Shown here: positions 13,211 to 21,860 of the stretch, piece after piece
Layout of the letters: the number at the start of each line of letters is the position of its first letter
Position numbering within the stretch: the first letter of the stretch is position 1
Assembly (NCBI GenBank): GCA_041483195.1
Contig: JBGPFC010000018.1
Coordinates: 8,993 to 72,992, forward strand
From: Candidatus Eiseniibacteriota bacterium
GTDB taxonomy: Bacteria > Eisenbacteria > RBG-16-71-46
Direction: 5' to 3'
DNA: 64,000 nt
Notes under the pieces: generated by a model
Databases searched by the model: none
What the model was told of the DNA's origin: nothing
Seen by the model: the letters and a program-made list of their open reading frames with translations, nothing else
Translations under genes and position numbers: made by a program

Positions 13211-15085
13211 CTAGCGGGGGCCTGTCGCCCGAGGGCGCATCGCACGGATTCGCTCGCGCAGCTCGTACGCGCCGCGATCGTCGGGACGGGTCGCGAGCAG
13301 GGTGTCGAGCTGGGCGATGGCCTCGGCGGCCATCCCCCGCGGCGCCCACACCGTGGCCAGCACGAAGCGCGAGTCGAAGTTGTCGCGCCACAGCGCGAGC
13401 GCGGTCAGCGCCTCGTGCTCGGCGCTCAGCGAATCGCCGCCGCTCAGCATGCACACCGCGCGTTTGGCCGAGACCGTCGCGCGAAACACCAGCGCGCCTG
13501 GATCTCGCTGCAGCGAGTCCGCGCGGTCGAGCGCGGCGCCGGCCGCGGCCCAATCGGCGCGGCGCATCGCGTCCGTGGCGTCGAGCAGCGCGCGCATCGC
13601 GGGCGGGTCCACCAGCGCGACCTGCGGCACGTGATCGGGCTGGTACTCGACGATCGCGGCCAGGTCGAGCGCGGGCCGGCGGCTGTACTCCTCGAAGCGC
13701 ACCCAGCTGAGCGTGCTGTCGCGATACCACACGCGCAACGCGCGGCCCCCCATGAACGCGTACTCGGTCATGCGCGGCAGGTAGTGCTGGCCGACGCGCG
13801 CGCCGGGCGGTAGCGTTGGGAATCGCGATTGGAGCGCGTGGCGCGTGCCCTCCACCAGACGCTGCACACGCGCGAGCTTCACGAAGTCGAGCAGCGCGCC
13901 GCTCTCCTGCGGCGCGACGGTGACGCGCGCCGGCGCGCCCGGGCTCACGGCGAGCATGCCGAGCCGCGCGACCAGCAGCACCGCCGCGAGCGAGGGATGG
14001 GCCGCGGCCAGCAGCGCCGTCAGCGAGATGCCGAGGCCGATCGCGGCGAAGATCCCGCGATAGCCCGACCAGTCGGGCCAGGTCGCGGCGAGCGGAAGCA
14101 ATCCGAGGATGAACCACGCCCCGCCCCACAGCGTCCATGGCAGCGCGCCGCGCAGCCGCGTGCGCGCGGTGGAACGCATGAAGAACATCACGATCGCGAC
14201 GCCCACCAGGCCGAGCAACACACCCCTCGCGGCCGGCTCCAGCCCGGCGTCCCCGGACGGCAGGCTGAACACGGAGTGCCACGTGTTCACGCGCGCCCAC
14301 CACAGACGCGCGGGCCACGAGGCCGCGGCGCCCGGCGCCGGTCCTGGCCACGCGAGATGAGCGTGCGCGTGGACGACCGCGTACGCCGCGCCCCACGCCG
14401 CGAGCAGCGCGCCGATCGCGAGCGTCCAGCGCAGCCGCGACGATCGCTCGCGAGGGCCCGGAACCCACGCGAGCAACAGCGCGGCGGGCGCGGCCAGCTC
14501 CTTGCAGAGCAGCGAGGCGAGCAGCGCGGCCAGCGTGCCGCCGAGCCGCGCGGCCGCCGCCTGCTGGATCGCGACCGCCGCGAAGAGCACGGCGCCCAGG
14601 TCCTGGAAGTTGCTGGGCCACGAGATCAGCATTCGCGCCGACTCCATGAGCAACGGGAAGCTCGCGGCCATGGCGGCGACCGGGCCGGGGAGGCTTCCGC
14701 GCAGCGCGCGATGGAGGAACAGCGTCGTGAGCGCGAGCAGCAGCGCGTGGAGCGTCGCGATCAGCGCGGGATGCGCCGTCATGACCGGCGCGAGCGCCGC
14801 GAAGTAGATCTGGCGCGAGAGCGGCCGCCAGTAAAACGCCGAGCCGTACCCGTCGAACAGCGAGAGCCCGGGCGCGAAGCGGACGCGATACAGGCAATCG
14901 AAGTCGTCCGCGACCGGCTCGCCGAGCGCCGCGCCCCGCGCGTGAAGCAGCAGTGGGAGCACGAGCAGCATCGCGGCCCAGGCCCAGCGATCGCGCCACC
15001 ACGGGGGCGCGGCGGGCGCGCCGCCCGGGCGGACGGCGCTCCGTGCGCTGCGGGCCGCTTCGTCGAATTCGGGCCGTCGCGGCAT
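13211..15085 (-). CDS. Paralog 1 of a polytopic membrane protein family with a periplasmic C-terminal helical (TPR-like) domain; tentatively GT-C glycosyltransferase-like (PMT/ArnT-like acidic first-loop motif)
   Basis: ATG at 15085 (MPRRPEFDEAARS...). About 10-12 TM segments. The loop after TM1 carries ADDFDCLYRV...FYWRPLSRQ. The C-terminal 150 aa are soluble. It shares about 50-60% identity with the ORFs at 16364..18112 and 23960..25732. Confidence 0.75.
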   Translation of the reverse strand: MPRRPEFDEAARSARSAVRPGGAPAAPPWWRDRWAWAAMLLVLPLLLHARGAALGEPVADDFDCLYRVRFAPGLSLFDGYGSAFYWRPLSRQIYFAALAPVMTAHPALIATLHALLLALTTLFLHRALRGSLPGPVAAMAASFPLLMESARMLISWPSNFQDLGAVLFAAVAIQQAAAARLGGTLAALLASLLCKELAAPAALLLAWVPGPRERSSRLRWTLAIGALLAAWGAAYAVVHAHAHLAWPGPAPGAAASWPARLWWARVNTWHSVFSLPSGDAGLEPAARGVLLGLVGVAIVMFFMRSTARTRLRGALPWTLWGGAWFILGLLPLAATWPDWSGYRGIFAAIGLGISLTALLAAAHPSLAAVLLVARLGMLAVSPGAPARVTVAPQESGALLDFVKLARVQRLVEGTRHALQSRFPTLPPGARVGQHYLPRMTEYAFMGGRALRVWYRDSTLSWVRFEEYSRRPALDLAAIVEYQPDHVPQVALVDPPAMRALLDATDAMRRADWAAAGAALDRADSLQRDPGALVFRATVSAKRAVCMLSGGDSLSAEHEALTALALWRDNFDSRFVLATVWAPRGMAAEAIAQLDTLLATRPDDRGAYELRERIRAMRPRATGPR

Positions 15086-15095
15086 CGCGCGCACG

Positions 15096-16367
15096 CTAGG
15101 CACTCGCGCGCGGGGCGTCAATCGCGGCGAGCGGATCGCGCAGCGCGCGCAACGGCGAGAGCGCGAGCACGACCAGCGCGATGAACGTGACGCCCGCGCC
15201 CGCCAGCAGCACCGCACGCGGACCCGCGCGCTCGCCGAGCACTCCGCCCGCGAGCGACCCCGCCAGCTTCGCCGCGAGGCACGCGAAGGCGATGCTCGCG
15301 CTGACGCGGCCCAGCAGCCGGTCGGGCGTCACGCGCTGGGTGAGACTCAGGAGCTGAATCTCGAAGATGGTGTGCGCCCCGTCGCCGGCCAGCTGCTGGC
15401 CGAGCAGCAGCGCGAGCGCCGTCCACGTCGCGCCATAGGCGAGCGGCGGCAACAGCCTCCCGATCGCGACCAGCGCGAGGCATGCCAGCAGCGCGTTCCC
15501 GATTCCGAGCCTTCGCCCCGCTCGCGTCGCGAGCACGGCGCCGGCGAACGAGCTCGCGCCCCCGACCGCGAACACCATGCCAAGCACCCCGGTCGCGAAG
15601 CCGAGCGTCCGCGCGAAGAACAGCATGAGCATCGCCGCGATCGCGCCGCTCGCGAGGTCGACCAGCAGCCGGCAGGCCGCGACCGAGCGCAGGAGCGGAT
15701 CGCCCATCACCACCCGCAGGCCCTCGGCGATCTCGATGCGCATCGCGCCGCGGTCCGCGACCGGAGCGGGCGCCGGCTCCGGGGCGCGGATCGCGCCGAC
15801 GCAGACCGCGGACACCACGAAGCTCACGGCGTCGATCAGCACGGTGAGCGGGCCGCCCAGCCACTGCACCAGCCAGCCCGCGATGCCGAACGCGCCCGTC
15901 TCCGCGACCGCGCTGCTCGCGGCGAGCCGGCTGTTGGCGGCCACCACCCGGTCGCGCGAGACCAGCGTGGGCAGGTACGAGACGTACGCGACGTCGAACG
16001 TCATCGAGAGCGCGCCCACCATGAACCCGACCGCGTAGAGCTGCGGCATGCGCAGCGCGCCGAGCAGCGCGGCCGCGGGAATGGTGGCGAGCAGCGCGGC
16101 GCGGCCGAGATCGGCGCCGATCATGATCGGGCGCCGGCGCAGCCGGTCCGCCCACGCGCCGGCGAAGAGTCCGACCAGCAGGCCGGGCGCGAGCTCGGCG
16201 GCGATCTGAAACCCCATCTCCATCGGCCGCGCGCGCAGGAACAGCACCGCCGTGAACGGCAGCGCCGCGCGCGTGACCATCGAGCCGAACACCGAGACCG
16301 TCTGGCCGGCCCAGAGGCGGTTGAAATCGGGATCGCGCCCGAGGTTCGCGCGCGCGGCCGCGCTCAC
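15096..16367 (-). CDS. MFS transporter
   Basis: Start assigned to GTG 16367 (SAAARANLGRDPDFNRLWAGQTVSVFGS, a typical MFS N-terminus). This overlaps the stop of the upstream paralog as GTGA. 12 TM pattern. The track ORF extends upstream into an Arg-rich shadow frame. Confidence 0.75.
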   Translation of the reverse strand: MSAAARANLGRDPDFNRLWAGQTVSVFGSMVTRAALPFTAVLFLRARPMEMGFQIAAELAPGLLVGLFAGAWADRLRRRPIMIGADLGRAALLATIPAAALLGALRMPQLYAVGFMVGALSMTFDVAYVSYLPTLVSRDRVVAANSRLAASSAVAETGAFGIAGWLVQWLGGPLTVLIDAVSFVVSAVCVGAIRAPEPAPAPVADRGAMRIEIAEGLRVVMGDPLLRSVAACRLLVDLASGAIAAMLMLFFARTLGFATGVLGMVFAVGGASSFAGAVLATRAGRRLGIGNALLACLALVAIGRLLPPLAYGATWTALALLLGQQLAGDGAHTIFEIQLLSLTQRVTPDRLLGRVSASIAFACLAAKLAGSLAGGVLGERAGPRAVLLAGAGVTFIALVVLALSPLRALRDPLAAIDAPRASA

Positions 16368-18112
16368 GGATGCGGGGCGCGCGCCGCGCGCAACCGCGCG
16401 AGCATCTGCCGCGCCGCGGGATGGCCGGGATACTCCGAGATCACCGACTCCATCGCGGCCTCCGCTCCATCGAGATCGCCGCGATCCGCGGCGCGCGCCG
16501 CGAGCACGAGGCGCGCCTCCGGCCCCACCGGCCACAGCTCGAGCGCGCGCAGCGCCTCGCGTTCCCCGCCCGCGTGATCGCCGAGCGCGAATATGCACCA
16601 CGCGCGCACCCCGGCGAGCGCACCGAGGAACATCTTCGCCTCGCGGTTCGACTGGAGCGAATCGGCGCGATCCACCTCGCGCATCGCGGCGGCGAACTCG
16701 TTGCGCTCGAGACGCTCGAACCCGCGCAGCATGCCGCGCGTGGCCTCGACATCGACGACCGCGACCTGCGGCGGGGCCCCGGTCTGGTATTGCACGACCG
16801 TGACGAGCTCGAGATCGGGGCGCCTCGTGAACTCGTCGAAGCTCACCCAGCGCAGCGTGCTGTCCCGGTACCACACCTCGAGCGCCTTCGATCCGCCGAA
16901 CGCGTACTGGCTCGCGAGCGGCATGTTCATCTGGCCCACCATCGCGCCCCGCGGCAGGCGCGGGAATCCGGCGCGCAGCGCGGCGCGCGTCTCGCTCATG
17001 AGCAGCTGCAACCGCGCGATCTTGGAGAAATCGGTGAAGGCACCGCGCTCATCCGGCATGCCGGTGATCTCGTGCGGCGCCGCGGGACTCGCCGCGAACG
17101 CCGCGAGCTTGACGACCATCACCAGCGCGAGCAGCGCCGGGTGCGCGGCGCTCAGCAGCCCCACGAGCGCGATCCCGAGACCGATGCTGCCGTACAGCGT
17201 GCGCGCCGGCGCCCACAGCGGGTAGATGGTGGCGAGCGTCCCGCAGGCCGCGCCGAACCACGCCAGCCCCCACAGCGTCCACGGCGCGCCGGCGCGCAGG
17301 CGCTGGCGGGCGCGCGCGCCGAGCCCCACCCCGGCGAGCGCGATCGCGATCAGTCCCGCGACCGCCGCGCCCACCGCGATGTCCCACCGTCCCGGGGCCA
17401 GCGCCAGGCTGAAGATCGCGCGCACGCTGTTCCACGCGGCCCACGCCAGCCGCGCGGGGATCGGCGTCGCGAGCAGCGCAGGGTCCCGCTCGAGCCCGTG
17501 CGGCAGCTCGAGCCCCGCGTGCCGGCGGATCGCGAGGTAGGCCACCGCCCAGAGCGCGACCAGCGCGAGGCTCGCCCCCGCCCAGCGCACGCGCGTCCGC
17601 CGGTCGGTCGGCGCGGCGCGCGGCACCCACGGCAGCATCAGCGCGGTGACCACGTTCACTTCCTTGCACAGCAGCGCCGCCAGCAGCGCCGCCAGCGAGG
17701 TCGGCAGGCGGCGCCGCGCCGCCTCGTGAAGCGCGATCGCCGAGAAGAAGAAAGATCCCAGGTCCACCGAGTGCGTCGGCCACGTGATGATGGTGCGCGT
17801 GGAATCGGCCAGCAGCGGAAACGCGGCGGCCGCAGCGGCCGCGTAGCCCGGCCACGTGCCTCGCAGCATCCGGTAGATCAGCAGCGATCCCACCCCGAGC
17901 GCGAGCACGTGGATCGCCGCGATCGCGCGGGGATGCGCGAGCATCAGCGGGCCGAACAGGAGGTAGTAGACCTGGTGCGAGAGCGGGCGCCAGAACGCGA
18001 GCGATCCGCCGCCATCGAGCAGCGTGTGCCGGTGCTCGAGCAGCGCGCGATGAAGGAAATCGAAGTCCTCCGCCGCCGGCTCGCCGAGCGGCGCGCCGAG
18101 GCTGTGGAGCAC
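16364..18112 (-). CDS. Paralog 2 of the GT-C-like polytopic membrane protein family (may extend to a CTG at 18244)
   Basis: The longest canonical-start ORF begins at GTG 18112. The conserved N-terminal segment (PPAWRDPWAWATLAALIPLVL), homologous to paralog 1, lies upstream in the same frame back to a TGA at 18299-18301. Its only plausible initiator is CTG 18242-18244, preceded by GAGGTG plus 5 nt. Confidence 0.75.
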   Translation of the reverse strand: MLHSLGAPLGEPAAEDFDFLHRALLEHRHTLLDGGGSLAFWRPLSHQVYYLLFGPLMLAHPRAIAAIHVLALGVGSLLIYRMLRGTWPGYAAAAAAAFPLLADSTRTIITWPTHSVDLGSFFFSAIALHEAARRRLPTSLAALLAALLCKEVNVVTALMLPWVPRAAPTDRRTRVRWAGASLALVALWAVAYLAIRRHAGLELPHGLERDPALLATPIPARLAWAAWNSVRAIFSLALAPGRWDIAVGAAVAGLIAIALAGVGLGARARQRLRAGAPWTLWGLAWFGAACGTLATIYPLWAPARTLYGSIGLGIALVGLLSAAHPALLALVMVVKLAAFAASPAAPHEITGMPDERGAFTDFSKIARLQLLMSETRAALRAGFPRLPRGAMVGQMNMPLASQYAFGGSKALEVWYRDSTLRWVSFDEFTRRPDLELVTVVQYQTGAPPQVAVVDVEATRGMLRGFERLERNEFAAAMREVDRADSLQSNREAKMFLGALAGVRAWCIFALGDHAGGEREALRALELWPVGPEARLVLAARAADRGDLDGAEAAMESVISEYPGHPAARQMLARLRAARAPHP

Positions 18113-18430
18113 GAGCGGAATCAGCGCGGCGAGCGTGGCCCACGCCCACGGATCGCGCCACGCCGGCGGCGCGGGCGATGGCGGCGGCAGCGCCGCGGGG
18201 CGCGCCGGGGCCTTCGATGGAGCCGCGCGGCGGCGGCGGCTCAGGGCGTCACCTCGGCCCGGGCCGCGGCCACGGCGAGGTTGATCTGCGCGCCGGTATC
18301 AGAACGCATGCGATGGGCACCGGGTTGGGGTGGGAATGGCGACCCGAAACGCGCAGCTTATCATCGGCCTCCCGGGCTCGTTAACCCGGCTTGTCTCAAG
18401 CCCCCGGGCGCGCGTAAGATTTCGGGTCCG

Positions 18431-19450
18431 ATGACCTCGCAGAACCCACCTTCGAGCGACTCCGCCGTGTTGATCGACACCCACGGCCGCGTGGTGCGTG
18501 ACCTCCGCATCTCGGTCACCGACCGCTGCAACCTGCGCTGCGTGTACTGCATGCCGGCCGAGGGCATGCCGTGGCTCCCGAAGCAGGACCTGCTCACCTA
18601 CGAGGAGATCACGCGCTTCGCGCGCGTCTGCCTCGCGCTCGGCGTGCGCGGCATCCGCTTGACCGGAGGCGAGCCGACGGTGCGCGCCGACCTGCCGGTG
18701 CTGGTGCGGATGCTGAGCGATCTCGCGCCCGGCCTCGATCTCTCGGTGACCACCAACGGCCTCAAGCTGGTCGCGATGGCCGACGAGCTGCGCGCCGCGG
18801 GGTTGAAGCGCGTCAACGTGAGCCTCGACACGCTCGACCCCGAGCGCTTCCACCGGCTCGCGCGGCGCGACCGGTTCCACGAGGTGATCGCGGGGATCGA
18901 GGCGGCGCGGCGCGTGGGGTTCAGCCCGATCAAGGTGAACGCGGTGCTGATGCGCGGCTTCAACGACGACGAGGCGGTGTCGCTCGCGCGCTGGGCGCGC
19001 GATCATGATTACGAGCTGCGCTTCATCGAGTGGATGCCGCTCGACTTCTCGCACAACTGGTCGCGCGAGAAGCTGGTGCCGGCCGACGAGATCCTGGCCG
19101 CGATCGGCGAAGAATTCCCCCTCGAGCTCGCGCCCGGCGAGGACCCGAGCGCCCCCGCCACGCTCTACGACTACCGCGACGGGCGCGGGCGGGTGGGCGT
19201 GATCGCGTCGGTGACGCGTCCCTTCTGCGGGCACTGCGACCGGATCCGTCTCACCGCCGACGGCCAGATCCGCACCTGCCTGTTCGCGCTCGAGGAGTAC
19301 GACTTCCGCAAGGTAATGCGGGGCGGCGGCAGCGACGAAGACGTCGCGGCGCTGCTGCGCTCGGCGGTGTGGCGGAAGAAGCCAGGGCACCTGATCAACA
19401 GCCCCTACTTCGTCCAGCCCGAACGCGGAATGAGCGCGATCGGGGGCTGA
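18431..19450 (+). CDS. moaA: GTP 3',8-cyclase MoaA (molybdenum cofactor biosynthesis, radical SAM)
   Basis: 339 aa with CNLRCVYC radical-SAM cluster motif and the C-terminal CGHCDRIRLTADGQIRTCLF second cluster. This is the real part of the 1026-aa track ORF 16370..19450. Confidence 0.9.
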   Translation: MTSQNPPSSDSAVLIDTHGRVVRDLRISVTDRCNLRCVYCMPAEGMPWLPKQDLLTYEEITRFARVCLALGVRGIRLTGGEPTVRADLPVLVRMLSDLAPGLDLSVTTNGLKLVAMADELRAAGLKRVNVSLDTLDPERFHRLARRDRFHEVIAGIEAARRVGFSPIKVNAVLMRGFNDDEAVSLARWARDHDYELRFIEWMPLDFSHNWSREKLVPADEILAAIGEEFPLELAPGEDPSAPATLYDYRDGRGRVGVIASVTRPFCGHCDRIRLTADGQIRTCLFALEEYDFRKVMRGGGSDEDVAALLRSAVWRKKPGHLINSPYFVQPERGMSAIGG

Positions 19451-19492
19451 AGCGGGAAGGCGGGCGGCCGCCGGAGCGCGGGAGAGGACGGC

Positions 19493-19600
19493 GTGACGAA
19501 CCGGGACTTCGGCGACTTAGAGCTGATCGAGCCGCTCGCCAAGGGCGGTATGGCGTGGGTGTGGAAGGCCCGCGAGCGAGCCCTCGATCGCCGCCTTTAG
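19493..19600 (+). pseudogene. Truncated Ser/Thr protein kinase N-terminal fragment (35 codons, glycine-rich loop only)
   Basis: GGAGAGGA then GTG. The translation VTNRDFGDLELIEPLAKGGMAWVWKARERALDRRL* aligns with the N-terminus of the intact kinase at 34019 (PYEIVAALGAGGMGEVYKAKDTRLDRVV). It is followed immediately by the lower-GC segment. Confidence 0.55.
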
Positions 19601-19732
19601 GATCGCGATGATCTGCGCTTCCCTGGAGCGCTTCCCGGTGCTCGGCATGCGATCCTCAGTGCCGCCGAGGCTAACGAAGACTCGCTATTCGTTCCGTGTG
19701 AGCTTCCGGGGGCTACGTCGGGCGCTATGACT

Positions 19733-20770
19733 CTATGGATTGAATGTGAGCTGCCTCTTATTGCCGGAGGCGACTGTGACGATCCAATTGGTGCCGTTGC
19801 TCAAAGTGAAGTCGAGCGAGCTGAACGCAACATAGGCGATGTCGGTCCCGGTTGGACTCCAAGCGTAGCTGTTGAGGACGGAAGAGCCGACTAGACGTCG
19901 TGGCTGGCTTCCAATTGAGTCCGCGATCCATAGCTCTAGTGGTTCACCGCCGGTGAGCGGACGCTGTAGAAAGGCGATCTCGCTGCCATCCGGCGCGTAT
20001 CGTGGCAGGAAGTACTGAGACGACGCACTATTCAACAGGATTCGCTGAGCACCGGTGTCCAAGCGGTACTCTACAATCTGCGATGAGGTGAGCCGACCTG
20101 CCGAATGGCCGTTCACGACGCCCAAGAGTCGAGGAGAAGAACTGTCCCAGTCTGGATAGTCCAATTGCGAATGCACGAGGTGCGCCCCTCCGCCATTCGC
20201 ACCGACGATCCATGCCCCAATCGGTTGGTCCTGTCTTTGAAAGTAGACTACGGAGTCAGCTGCCGGGTTCCACCGTGGCACGTCGGCTCGCCCGGGCGTC
20301 GGGAGAACAGCCAAGCCCGCCGAGTCTGGAAGACCGCCGACGAGGGGGAACGTGAAGAGTCGTGGACCGACACTCGTTAGCAGCCAGCAAACCAACTTCG
20401 TACCGTCACGCGAGATATCTGGAGCGCCCGGGTAGAGTGCCATGTGGCGGTGCAGATCCGTCCCATCGGCGCGGATTACCCACCATCCTCCCAGAGAGTC
20501 AATCCAGTCATAACGGACGTCGCCGGTGGTGGGATCGTAGGAGAGACTTCGCAGCGGAAGATGATCGAATAGCAGATGAGTTCCATCCGGAGACCAGACC
20601 GGATCCCCGTACGGCGATCCGGCGAGATACGACGGCGGGATAATCCCACTCTTGGGACGAGAGGGGTGATGGCTACAGCTCAGGGCCAAGACCATTGTTG
20701 TAGCCATGAGTAGCAGCCGCCCTACGCAAAGACGGATGCTGGCAACCACGTGAGTGAATCGCTCTAGCAT
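19733..20770 (-). CDS. Lipoprotein with TolB-like / WD40-like beta-propeller repeats (inside the lower-GC island)
   Basis: ATG 20770 gives MLERFTHVVASIRLCVGRLLLMATTMVLALSCSHH, a signal peptide with a Cys lipobox. Repeated SPDG-type blades (VWSPDGTHLLF, YAPDGSEIAF, AWSPTGTDIAY). Local GC is about 55% and codon usage is atypical (CTA, ACA, TGT). Confidence 0.7.
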   Translation of the reverse strand: MLERFTHVVASIRLCVGRLLLMATTMVLALSCSHHPSRPKSGIIPPSYLAGSPYGDPVWSPDGTHLLFDHLPLRSLSYDPTTGDVRYDWIDSLGGWWVIRADGTDLHRHMALYPGAPDISRDGTKLVCWLLTSVGPRLFTFPLVGGLPDSAGLAVLPTPGRADVPRWNPAADSVVYFQRQDQPIGAWIVGANGGGAHLVHSQLDYPDWDSSSPRLLGVVNGHSAGRLTSSQIVEYRLDTGAQRILLNSASSQYFLPRYAPDGSEIAFLQRPLTGGEPLELWIADSIGSQPRRLVGSSVLNSYAWSPTGTDIAYVAFSSLDFTLSNGTNWIVTVASGNKRQLTFNP

Positions 20771-20952
20771 GTGAGTGGCGGGCTCCAGAGCGAACGCCGT
20801 CAATTGTTTTCGATACGTGCTTGCACAACAATCCAGTCGCTCACCGTGCCGGCGACCATGAGACGGCGGCGGGCTGCCCGCACCCTTCTCACCACTTCGC
20901 AGGCGCCGGGCCCTTAGGCATCTGAGCTCAAATGAGGGCAAGTGCTGCTCCC

Positions 20953-21756
20953 CTACTTCCCCGACTTTACGCGCACCTCGACGAGCACCCAGTCCGCGAA
21001 CGCCTTGCCTTTGAACTGGGCCGGCCGGTACTGCGCCTCGCCGATCGCGTGCGTCGCGGCTGCCACCGCCTCGCCGCTAACTCCCTTGACTGATGTCCGG
21101 AGTCCTGCGTCGACCACCTTCCCGTTGGCGCCGACGAAGGCCACCATGGGGACCGTTTGAGAGGCACCTTGACAGGTCCCACAGACGACCTCGAGCACGG
21201 TCGGGCCGGCTGCGCGCTGACCTGAGCGCTGGATCTCCGCCTGCGTCACCTCCTCCGGCTGTTCGATCGGAACGAGGAAGCGTTCACCATATCGGTAGCG
21301 TTGGCCGCCCCGCACTGTCTCGAGGCGGGTAAGCCGGCTCGGCTCGACGGCGGCTGATTCTGCTTCAACATGAAAGGGAAGTACGAGGTCGAGCTCATGA
21401 ACAATGTCGCCTTCCACAACCGTCAAATATCCCCGGATCTCCAGGTCGCCGGGTCGGTCAGGCGAGAGAGTGACGATCCAGCGTTTGCTCGGACCGATGC
21501 CACGGCCGCGGTGCAGCGTGTCTCCCGCAACCAACTTCAGGCCTGGAGACAATTGGAGACGCGCCGTTCCCTCGCCTCCATACTGCCCGGCCATGCTAAA
21601 CCGAATCCTGGCCGCTTTTCCCACCCGCGGCTGGTCAAGCCAGACAGCCCCGAACCCGACGGGCGAACTCCCCTCACGCTCGCTGGCGTAGCCCCACACG
21701 GCTGAGGCGACAAACGTCCCCGCCACCACCACGCACAGCATCAACTGTCGCCGCAT
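20953..21756 (-). CDS. Secreted protein with TonB/TolA-like C-terminal domain
   Basis: ATG 21756 (MRRQLMLCVVVAGTFVASAVWGYA signal peptide). The C-terminal about 90 aa match the TonB_C pattern (VPMVAFVGANGKVVDAGLRTSVKGVSGEAVAAATHAIGEAQYRPAQFKGKAFADWVLVEV). There is no Pro-rich spacer or N-terminal TM. GC is about 62%. Confidence 0.65.
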   Translation of the reverse strand: MRRQLMLCVVVAGTFVASAVWGYASEREGSSPVGFGAVWLDQPRVGKAARIRFSMAGQYGGEGTARLQLSPGLKLVAGDTLHRGRGIGPSKRWIVTLSPDRPGDLEIRGYLTVVEGDIVHELDLVLPFHVEAESAAVEPSRLTRLETVRGGQRYRYGERFLVPIEQPEEVTQAEIQRSGQRAAGPTVLEVVCGTCQGASQTVPMVAFVGANGKVVDAGLRTSVKGVSGEAVAAATHAIGEAQYRPAQFKGKAFADWVLVEVRVKSGK

Positions 21757-21860
21757 GACTACCTCCATTACTCCAGCCGCGCCAGGGTGGTCGTCAACTG
21801 CCGACCACCCGCCCGGAGAATGAGCGCGATCGGCGGCTGAGGCGGGTGCGCTTCGTCGTA

